Virus record (IMG/VR): IMGVR_UViG_3300014204_000125
Coordinates: 51,336-115,335 of that record
Length of the DNA: 64,000 nt
Reading direction: 5' to 3' (one strand)
DNA from: a virus
Taxonomy: Duplodnaviria; Caudoviricetes
The notes below the pieces were generated by a model. That model made no database searches. It was not told where the DNA came from and saw only the letters and a list, made by a program, of their open reading frames with translations. Within the stretch, counting starts at the first letter, position 1, and each line of letters starts with the position of its first letter. A program made the translations under genes and the position numbers. This document shows positions 8,796 to 17,169 of the stretch, piece after piece.

Positions 8796-9083
8796 CCGAG
8801 GTAGTCGCAGAACCACCTTAAAATATAAGGAGGAGCTAGTCCGGGATGAAGATTTGCGCCTATCCACACTTTGCGCTGTCTCCGTTTTACAAGGGTGGAC
8901 CAAGTTCCCGGATCAAGCCCCTACTCTTTGATATTAAAGACCCCAAGGGAGGGTTCGCGCCTCATCTTCCCGGTGCGGTGGTTATCCCACAATACGAACT
9001 TAATCGGACGCACTTTTTACACCACGCGTGGCGGGTTTGCTCTTTCTTTCAGCCTTGCAAGACCTTTCATTGAGCTACCTCAG
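8796..9083 (-). ncRNA. Unknown ~290 nt structured RNA downstream of tmRNA
   Basis: Closing helix CTGAGGTAG/CTACCTCGG; internal GTGCG/CGCAC, GTGG/CCAC, CCGG-GAAGAT/ATCTTC-CCGG, TCCAC/GTGGA, CCTTA/TAAGG; no minus-strand ORF in the track. Confidence 0.65.
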
Positions 9084-9090
9084 AGAGATT

Positions 9091-9500
9091 TGGTGGAGGT
9101 GTGGGAAATTGCATCCCAGTCCGAAGATCTTTCCCTGTCTTGATTTTTACACGCTTATCCCTTTTACCCGCGGGAAGGGTGTCGGTTTTGAGGCGTTACC
9201 CTGTGTCATGGTAGAACAACCGATGCCCCATGATCCACTTGCGTTAGATTCTTTACGCGGATAACTCCGTTGGCAAGTTCGCAGAGTTTTTACGCGGGCG
9301 TCCCCTTTCGGTTCGGCCGTGGGTTCACAATTAAGCGGCTAACATAACAGGAGCGAGTTCTTTTACGAACAAACCTCTGACAATATTGTCCACCTGATCG
9401 AGAACTGAATTAGTTTTGGCAATTAGTGTTTGTGCATTAAGGAAGCACGCCTTTGCGTGACAAGATAGTTCGTTATCTCCGTCGAAACTAGTTCACCCCC
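9091..9500 (-). ncRNA. ssrA: tmRNA (410 nt)
   Basis: 5' GGGGGTGAACTAGTTTCGAC; 3' GAC-TGGGA-TGCAATT-TCCCA-CACCTCC-ACCA; acceptor stem with G3-U; tag ORF 9420-9331 AKTNSVLDQVDNIVRGLFVKELAPVMLAA*. Confidence 0.95.
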
Positions 9501-9510
9501 GAAATATTTG

Positions 9511-9610
9511 TTGCGGCGCTTCAAGTCTTGGGTGATCATGCCAGACGAGCTTCGGGAGATCCAGAGAAAAGAGGGCCCTCTAATATCCCTTTGGGATTCC
9601 CATACCGCAA
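9511..9610 (-). ncRNA. Unknown ~100 nt structured RNA upstream of tmRNA
   Basis: Closing stem TTGCGGT/GCCGCAA; internal GGGA/TCCC, ATCCC/GGGAT, TAGAG/CTCTG, GTCT-GG/CC-AGAC. Confidence 0.55.
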
Positions 9611-9621
9611 TTAAATTTTAT

Positions 9622-9780
9622 AGGGGAGCCAAATCGAGTTGAATAATTTCTCTGGCGGTACTAAGGTCAAAGGTCATATTCGGTTGGACATGGATCCCCA
9701 TTTTCAAAAAACATATGGATAACCGGCCGGGAACTCAAGTGGATAAATCCCTGGGGCGGGACATTTCTTCTGAGCCCCGA
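9622..9780 (-). ncRNA. Unknown ~160 nt structured RNA, first in the operon
   Basis: GGGGC/GCCCC hairpin, then interrupted stem GGGA..CCA..TGAGTT/AACTCG..TGG..TCCC and CGGTT/AACCG. Confidence 0.45.
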
Positions 9781-9794
9781 ACGATTACATTCCA

Positions 9795-9823
9795 AGTATA
9801 GCATTAATGTTAGATGGTGTCAA
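9795..9823 (-). promoter_or_regulatory. Strong sigma70 promoter of the ncRNA operon
   Basis: TTGACA-N17-TATACT with a TG extension. Confidence 0.85.
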
Positions 9824-12633
9824 GCCTTTTTCTTTTTCATGAACTCAAAGGGCGTCTTCAGCCTTTTCCAGTATTTACTCGTATCCGCGAGTTTGATCTG
9901 GGATTCGTTTTCGAGCCGCATGCCGCCCCAAGTGATCAGGTGCGCCTCGAACATCGCGTTGACTTTATCCTCTATGGTTTTGATCATCGAGAGATCCAGC
10001 ATGTAATACACGGGTTCTTTGCGTGGGTCTTTAGGATTTTCCGGTTTGATCTTAGGAACCTTAACTTTTTTATTGAGAAGTTTATTAAGTCTCGCTGCTT
10101 CCGCCGCATTTTCTTTTTGGGTTCCCATTCTTGCTTTCATAAAGGCTCCTTTTTATTGTTTGGTTTCATCGGATTTGGGGACAGAAAGCTGTCTCTTTTT
10201 TAAGATTTCTTTTACGACTTCCCAGCTCTTAGAGTAATCGTATGGATCTCTCGATTTTGGAACAATCCCCGACATAAATATCGGCGTAAAGAACTGTTTG
10301 CCATAGGGTTCTCCCCACTCCGGTATCGGGTCTTCTTTCTCCGTTGTGAAGTTCTTTATATCCTGAACTTCAGGGTCCGGTTTAATTTCAAGAGCAACAG
10401 GTTTATTATAAACCAGTGGCGCCTGCCTCTTGATCTCGGGTTTGAATAGGTCCAATATTTTTCTAAAAAGTGACATTTGGCTTGCAACCCCCTCTGTCCT
10501 TCCACTCAATACAGCATGCCTGATACTTATTACAGCCCATACAGTTCGTCCTACGCACTGAACTCGGCCCCTTTTTCACAAACTTGTTACACCCTACCCG
10601 ATTCGGCCATGCCGGGGTGTGAGAGATACGACCCTCGATCATGCCAGAGCCTTCCTTAATCTTCCGGCCTTCGATTTCACAGGAATAGGGATCCTTGAGG
10701 CAGTAGTCGCATATGTGGAAATTGGCTTCGTAGAAATCGATTTTCTTTTGCATTCGGGTTGCGGCAAGATATATTTGCTTTGTTTCGAACAGGGTTAATT
10801 TGGACCGGTTCCCTCCCGAACATTCCGCGATATCAAACCATTTTTTGTCAGCATTAATGTACTTTTCCACAACGTCTATTTCGGTGTAAGGTATTGTTTC
10901 TAAAGATTCCATGATTTCACCCTTTCCTCAACGGCTTTCTTAGCAGACTCATAGTCAGCAAAAACTCCCATGTTAATACATCCTCCGGATACCGCTTTCT
11001 GAAACACGGAATACTGAACGGGTTCAGAATAACCCGCTTCAAACCTTACAGGATCAATGGTAAAATGCCAATGCGAGCCTTTCCATTCAACATAGGTCTC
11101 TATCATTTTTCTTTCGTTAAAAACAAGTTCACTCATTGTTCCTCCTACGCCATATAGGTTATTTCTCCGTTTGGGTCTATGACTTGTGGGGTCCAGTCCT
11201 TTTCATTGCAAAGGGTATCTGTGAAAAGAGGGCCCCCATTGAAATGTCCTTTAAAACATCGAAAATTAAGATAACCCACAAATCTATAATTATCACAGTT
11301 AGAACAGCCCTTTTGAAACTCTTTGTCGTTCATATTGGGTTTCATTTCGGGTAGGATTGCTTCAATTTCTGTTTTGAGTTCTTGCAGGCATGTATCGCAG
11401 AACCAAGTCTCTTTGAGGGCAGCGAATCCGACTACACTGACAACCCTCTTAAAGTCTTTGTGACATTGTCCACACTGCCGCATATCCTCATCATGCCACT
11501 TTATAGGGGTTAAGAACTTTTGGTTCATATCTGCTGGTTCCCCCATGTCACTTCGAAAGTAGAATTGTTATGGTCGTGTTTGAACTTTGCTTTGAATCCC
11601 ACACTTTTCAGGAACTCGATATAATCGTTTACGATAGCATTCCCGTATTCGATATGAGAACCCGCGTCTACATGGGCCCAATCGTAACCCTTGAGTGCCT
11701 GAGCTTCTATCTGGGGATGGAATTCTATGATGAACTGGCATCCCATGATCTCGTTTCGAACTTTATCAATCTCTTTATTCCGCTTCCAGAGATCTACACA
11801 CGTATCCGCGGAGAGTTCGTATGTGGAAGCGTCGGATTGCATTTGGGTCTCAAGGGCATGGGCTTTCTGTCTGAGGAGCCCCATTTGAGTTTTTACTTTG
11901 GCGATGAAGGTGTCGATCATATTGCCTCCCAACTTATTTCAATTTCTTTTTCATCGAATCCGCGTGGATTTGGAGTTATTTTGTATCCCAGCCTTTCCAG
12001 TGCCTTAATAACCATATCTTTCAGGGAATAAAAATGAGGAAATTTATAAATCGTTTTCATTTCGTTCCGAAGTGCGGCTTTAAGAATTTCTTGGATTGCC
12101 CACCAGTATTCCCTACTTTGTTCCCCGATAGCGAGTTCCTTCATGTACTTGGCTTTCATTTTTACCTCCGGTTTCTCAGATCGTCTATTTTGTTTTCTAT
12201 AATTACGAGCTGGGATAGGATCGCAAGAGCCAAAGCGAAGCCAGCGGCTATGGGTTCCCTTGAATTTAAGTAGAAAGCCAGAACGATCAATACGAGTAAG
12301 CCGAATCTAAGTCTAAAATTGAATTTCATTTTATTTTCCACTCCAATCGATATCGATAACGACATCGGAATCTCCGGTTTCGTCTACGGAGTAAGAGAAA
12401 CCTCTTTTGAGAAGGCTTTGGATTTTAGAAACAATGTCTGATCCGAAACTTTCTTTGTCGATTAAGATACGGCAGTTGGTCTTTCCGAGCCGGGTGTACA
12501 TTGCAATCCTGTTTTCGATACGATTACAAACGGCCCTGGCTAAATCACGCTCTATCAATGCCGAGGTCTCCATAGCAATTTGTTTATATTCCTCGGCCGT
12601 GGGTTGTCTCCAGAACTTCCACCACATATCCAT
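9820..12633 (-). other. Operon of small hypothetical phage genes (9820-10140, 10153-10509, 10463-10912, 10900-11136, 11145-11546, 11525-11932, 11917-12159, 12162-12365, 12331-12633)
   Basis: Head-to-tail overlapping ORFs with GGAGG-type RBSs; several Cys-rich, one 2-TM. Confidence 0.7.
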
Positions 12634-12663
12634 CGCCTTCCCTTCGGATAAGATCTCACTCCA

Positions 12664-12691
12664 ATTCTAACATAAAAAACAGAAATGTCAA
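12664..12691 (-). promoter_or_regulatory. sigma70-type promoter of the leftward arm
   Basis: TTGACA-N16-TAGAAT with a TG extension; AT tract upstream. Confidence 0.65.
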
Positions 12692-13909
12692 TTCTTTTCT
12701 TTGGAAAGTAAAAAAAAAAAATATTTCAGTAACCCTATTCCAAAACTCGGAGCAATAAGGATTGTATTCTCTATAGTCAGAGATAAGATAGTCTATAGTC
12801 TTATACTGTACTCTGATATTGGATCACTATGATTGACAGGATAAGAGATATCTTGAACTAGTATGTATTAGAGTTCAGTAGTTATAAACAGCAAGTTTGA
12901 TTACTTATAACGCTCGCGTATGGTGATCTGTATAGCGATATACGTTGTATTACTATGTACAGTATTAGAGTAGTGCAAGTGTATACTCGCAATAACATAA
13001 GACAGAGTTATATACACTGGGATACTGAGTATATAACCCCGTCTTGCACACACGCGGTCTATATCAGTATAAGCGATGGGTGTGGGGGCGACCAAATTAT
13101 TGCTTCGAGGCCCCCTCATTCCAACCGCCCCTACCGGGCGGCGGGGGGCAGCCCGCAGGGCGTTGCCCCAATAGCCGCACAGGAGAATACCTGTATTCTA
13201 TTTTATATTTATTCTATACAAAATAAGATAATATTATATCTATTCTACTCTGTATAAATATAATGCTATGTTATTTCTATGTTATGCAAGTATGGTATAT
13301 ACGAGTTATGAGTAACACATAGAATAACGAGTTACACTTTTACTACTAGCCACGCGCATATATGGGCACGCATGCGCGACTGTTGATTTTAAGTCATATA
13401 TCTAATTTATTCAGAGATAGAATAAGAAATTCTTGCTGCTTTCTTGGAATTAAAGAACTGGGGTTCCCGGGGTTACGAGGAACCCCTGGATCTCAAAGGT
13501 ACCATAGAAATTTTGAATAGAAACCTCATACCCGGTATTAGGATACCCCGGATTCAAAAAAACTGGGTTTCCTTGAAGATTTGAGGTATTTCTGGTTATG
13601 CTGGGGTTACTGGGTGGTTACGCTTTGGTTATAAACAGAAAATGTGTAGGGAAATCCAACACATTTACAATAATTAGTTTACATAACTGGGATAAAAAGT
13701 GTGGGATAACCCAACACTATACTGATAACGCGCATAAATAGCCTATTAGCGCGTATATAAAAAATGGCATGTTTCCATGCTATGCAAATTCTGCATGGTA
13801 CCACGCAATTTTTTCGCTGTAGTTAAAAAGTTACACCCTGCTATCGAGCAGGATACGAAATTTATGCATACCTGATTTATTTTTAATCTGCTTTTATTCG
13901 ATTTCAGAA

Positions 13910-14077
13910 TGAGCCAGATTGGGTTGATATCTTTTCCCTTTTTACTCTTTTATTTGATTTTGGATTGAGCCAGATTACGCGAGTACGATAGCGATAAATT
14001 CTCCCCCCATTCTCTTTCCTGAATCATCTGACCAGAAAAAACAATGAGCCAGAGGATTTAGGTATGATAGCGATAAA
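13910..14077. repeat. TGAGCCAGA x3 and GATAGCGATAAA x2 direct repeats
   Basis: TGAGCCAGA at 13910, 13966 and 14045; GATAGCGATAAA near 13988 and 14066. Confidence 0.8.
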
Positions 14078-14449
14078 AATCTGCCACACCACATCTGATT
14101 CAATACAAACCCCCCTCGCGCAGCGCGAGATATAATATGGCGCTGCCGATGATAGCATCGTAACATCAAGTGTAACACGTTACAAGTAAATCGTAACATT
14201 ATCACATTCTGGTAACACGTATACACAATCTGTTCTACTGCGTATTACTCTAAGCCAGTATATTGATATATTATTCAAGTGTAACATTACCTTCATTAAA
14301 AATTGCAAGCGCCCCGGAAAACATCATACCATAACATCAGGTATCAAGTATCAATTCTATCAAGCGCCTCTGTCAATTAGTGGTGTATAACATCATGTTA
14401 TAACGCGCCGGGTTAATAACGCTTATATAACATGATATTTCCGAAAACC

Positions 14450-14632
14450 TGAACGCTTGTTCAGAAGAAAATCGAAAACACTTGTTTTCATTAGTGTTAT
14501 AAGAACATTTTTGAACACGTGTTCAAATTATAATGAACGCTTGTTCATTTTACTGGTATGTAATATGCTATTTACCAGTGTTATCACGTTTTATAATGAA
14601 CGCTTGTTCAGTAAATTATGAACGCTTGTTCA
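14450..14632. repeat. Five TGAAC-N4-GTTCA palindromes
   Basis: TGAACGCTTGTTCA at 14450, 14534, 14597 and 14619; TGAACACGTGTTCA at 14512. Confidence 0.9.
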
Positions 14633-14675
14633 TTTTAGAATGTTAGCGCGTGATAACCTGATAAAAAATGCATTA

Positions 14676-14710
14676 TGCACTATAATAGTGCAATGCACTA
14701 AACAAGTGCA
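14676..14710. repeat. Tandem TGCACT-N5-AGTGCA palindromes
   Basis: 14676-14692 and 14694-14710. Confidence 0.85.
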
Positions 14711-15189
14711 TATCAAAAAAAACATCATATCGAAAAAAATCAATTCAATATTTCAAAGTATCAAACTAAAAAAAACTTATCAAGTATCAAGTTAAAAACA
14801 TAAAACCGCTTAAAACTCGTTTTAAAGTATCAAATTGGAAAACTCTAACATAACTAACACATAAGTATCAAACTTTAAAACCTCGTGTAAATCGTATATT
14901 CGATATATTTAATATTGCACTAAAACATCAATAAAATTAATACTTTTACTTATCCGCGACAATTTCCATACCAACATATCATATATACAGTATAGTATAG
15001 TAATACTAACATTAAAAACTTGCAATAAAACCGCTTGCAATATAGCATTGTATCATAATGGTATTATCCATTGAATTTTAATGTTATCCGTTATAGTGTC
15101 AAGTATTATCTTGATATTTTTTATATCCTGAAAACTATAATAAACAATGCTATTATCACAATATTCTTAAAACTATTTTTCTAACACGC

Positions 15190-15218
15190 TTGTTATTACT
15201 TAAAAACTATGTTATAAT
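15190..15218 (+). promoter_or_regulatory. sigma70-type early promoter
   Basis: TTGTTA-N17-TATAAT with a TG extension. Confidence 0.6.
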
Positions 15219-15359
15219 AAGAGTATAAAACAAATTTGAAATGAATTGTAAATCGCTTTTTAAAAACTTATCACATATTCAAGAGCACTTGAATATATCT
15301 TATCAAGTATCAAGTGGTATCTTAAATCACGTTTGATACTTCAAAGTAAAATTCTATTT

Positions 15360-15388
15360 TTGCCGTTTTCAGGAAAAACGAGTATAAT
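15360..15388 (+). promoter_or_regulatory. sigma70-type early promoter
   Basis: TTGCCG-N17-TATAAT directly upstream of the RBS AAGGA. Confidence 0.65.
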
Positions 15389-15407
15389 TTTAAAGGAATG
15401 ATTTAAA

Positions 15408-16118
15408 ATGAATAATGCTAAAATCGAAAAAATGGAAAACCAGAAAATTGTTAACGCTTCCGCGAAAAACCTTGAAAACATGATACAAGGAAAACCGGTA
15501 GTTTTCCCTGTATCAATTCAGAACAAAAAACCGGAAAACGTTGAAACGAAAACCGAAAACATTACCGAAAACGTGAAAAACAATTCCATTGTTATCGGAC
15601 AGAAAACCTTGAACGTAAAAGTAAATATCGGCCCTATAACCCAAAAGTTTTTCGATCACGTTTTCGCCGAAAAACTCGAAAACTGGGAAAACAGCAAAAA
15701 AACCGCTTTAAAAAATAACGATTTGGACAAGCTCGAAAAACTCGAAGAAAACCCGCCTAAACGCGAAAATATCGAAAACGCTTGCTATTTTCAGGTCATA
15801 AACGCCCTGACCCTTACTCAAATTGCCATTGAAAGCAAATCAGTCCAGTCCGGCGTTCTCTCTCTCTCTAAGTCAAAATTGACCGGCAAAAATGTTAAAA
15901 ACGCCGAGTTTTTCGCCGAGGACGTTGAAAACGTTTTGAAAACCGGATTATACAATTCTGAAATGGTAATAACGTTTCATTACGGTATCACGGATAAGGC
16001 GGGAGTATATTTCACCACGTTTTCAAATTTTGCACATACTTGCAAGGTCAATGGCGTCAATCCGGCAGAACGTAAGGCAAAAAGCCCGGTTTTTATCGGG
16101 ACATTCAAGATAAGATAA
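15408..16118 (+). CDS. Hypothetical protein, first gene of the rightward arm
   Basis: 236 aa, N/K/E-rich, isolated within an AT-rich repeat region, with RBS and promoter. Confidence 0.75.
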   Translation: MNNAKIEKMENQKIVNASAKNLENMIQGKPVVFPVSIQNKKPENVETKTENITENVKNNSIVIGQKTLNVKVNIGPITQKFFDHVFAEKLENWENSKKTALKNNDLDKLEKLEENPPKRENIENACYFQVINALTLTQIAIESKSVQSGVLSLSKSKLTGKNVKNAEFFAEDVENVLKTGLYNSEMVITFHYGITDKAGVYFTTFSNFAHTCKVNGVNPAERKAKSPVFIGTFKIR

Positions 16119-16253
16119 TTTAAAATAGTTTTCCGGCCGGGTTAATACGGTTTGAAAAAACCGGCCCGGTCTTATATAGTTTATATTTTTATTCTTAAAA
16201 ACGCTCTTTAACATATCCGAAAAACTATGAGAAAACAATGGTATAATCGTTTT

Positions 16254-16366
16254 CTTGATACCATGTATCAAGACCCGGATAAGATCCGATAAAACGATTA
16301 ACACGTTAAAACGGCCCTTTATAAGACCTATTAAGACCGTTTTAAAACTTGATATCATGTATCAAG
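16254..16366. repeat. Two CTTGATA-N5-TATCAAG palindromes
   Basis: 16254-16272 and 16348-16366; same half-site as the AAGTATCAA repeats. Confidence 0.8.
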
Positions 16367-16649
16367 ACAATGCTAACAAGCATTACCCGGAGTAAGTATT
16401 ATAGTTTTGTATATTGTCTTTATACGCCCTTATCCGGCGTATTATCCGAAAAAAAACGGATAGAATTTTAGCGCGATTAATCCGAAAAATTTTAACAAGT
16501 TTTGAAAATCATGTAAACCTTGACAGAAAACGGATTGACACGAAAAATTGATATCTTGTAAAAAGTTTTGAAACGTCTGAAAAATTTACGAAAAAAACTT
16601 TTTGCGATAAGATAGAATAAAATTTTTTAAGATAATACGGATATTAGAA

Positions 16650-17137
16650 CGAAAAATCGACGCTTTATGACCGTCGATAGTTTTCGCGTTGCTCACGAAA
16701 CGAGCCACGGCCAGTAGTAGTGTTACTTTGATAACATAGGCCGCGTGTTCTCCTGCATGACCCAAAGCGATATTGGTTTAGTGATAGACCATACCTCGCG
16801 GGAACAAAAACATAAGCATTGCAGGCGAGTTGATTCCCCTATGGAGTGCGCTTAATTCAGGCTGGAATCGGGAAGTCCTCTTTAAGACGGAGGCAAAGAC
16901 GGGTAAAAACGATAGGCCGCGCTCACTATGTCCAAATGGGACGGCGCTCTTGAGTGTAAACATTCAAGACCTATCACTATATAGATCCGAAGATCGGGAG
17001 GAAATTGTATCCCTTGGATCGAGTATAGCCCTGAACACTACATGACAATAGGTCGGGGGCGCTGCGGTTTAGCGAACGGGCGTCCCTGGCTGCCTAAACA
17101 CGAGACGGTCTATCAGAAATGGTAGGCCGTCTTTTTT
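16650..17137 (+). ncRNA. Candidate large structured RNA/leader (~480 nt)
   Basis: GC-richer segment with at least 9 stems, e.g. ATCGACG/CGTCGAT, TGGTTTA-GTGA-TAGACCA, CTGCA/TGCAG, GATTCC/GGAATC, GATAGG/CCTATC, TCTTGAGTG/CATTCAAGA, GATCCGA/TTGGATC, GGGGCGCT/GGCGTCCC. Confidence 0.65.
17103..17137 (+). terminator. Intrinsic terminator
   Basis: AGACGGTCTATCA-GAAA-TGGTAGGCCGTCT-TTTTT. Confidence 0.9.
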
Positions 17138-17169
17138 ACATTCAAGACAAAATTTGGGAGGCGATTATT

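Larger units (their letters stand above)
14346..15341. repeat. AAGTATCAA dispersed repeats
   Basis: Direct copies at 14346, 14756, 14782, 14825, 14863 and 15305; inverted copy at 15333. Confidence 0.85.
12700..15400. other. Large divergent non-coding region (possible genome terminus / early control region)
   Basis: ~2.7 kb without credible ORFs between oppositely transcribed arms; successive blocks of distinct short repeats and palindromes. Confidence 0.7.

Noticed and set aside
8796-9083. RNase P RNA, SRP RNA or group I intron
   Set aside because: No GAGGAAAGTCC / ACAGAAxxCGGC P4 strands, no SRP GGAA-AGCAG domain, and no convincing P7 R/S pair.
8516-9264. Plus-strand ORFs 8516-8821, 8846-9073, 8871-9143, 9028-9264
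   Set aside because: Antisense to tmRNA and the adjacent structured RNA, with no recognisable motifs. 8846 does have an AGGAGG upstream, so it is not fully excluded.
9622-9780. 6S RNA or Y RNA
   Set aside because: By eye it does not fold as a symmetric rod with a central bubble, and it lacks the Ro-binding GGUCCGA/bulged-C helix; left as unknown.
14450-14632. CRISPR mini-array
   Set aside because: Repeats are only 14 bp with irregular 8-49 bp gaps; no cas genes or leader.
12700-15400. DnaA-box origin, or protein genes 12901-13257 and 13975-14226
   Set aside because: No TTATCCACA cluster seen; the ORFs lack RBSs and read like translated low-complexity DNA.
16650-17137. Cobalamin or other known riboswitch; ORFs 16830-17045 and 16778-16963
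   Set aside because: B12-box and other aptamer consensus sequences not found; the ORFs lack a convincing RBS and overlap the stems and each other.
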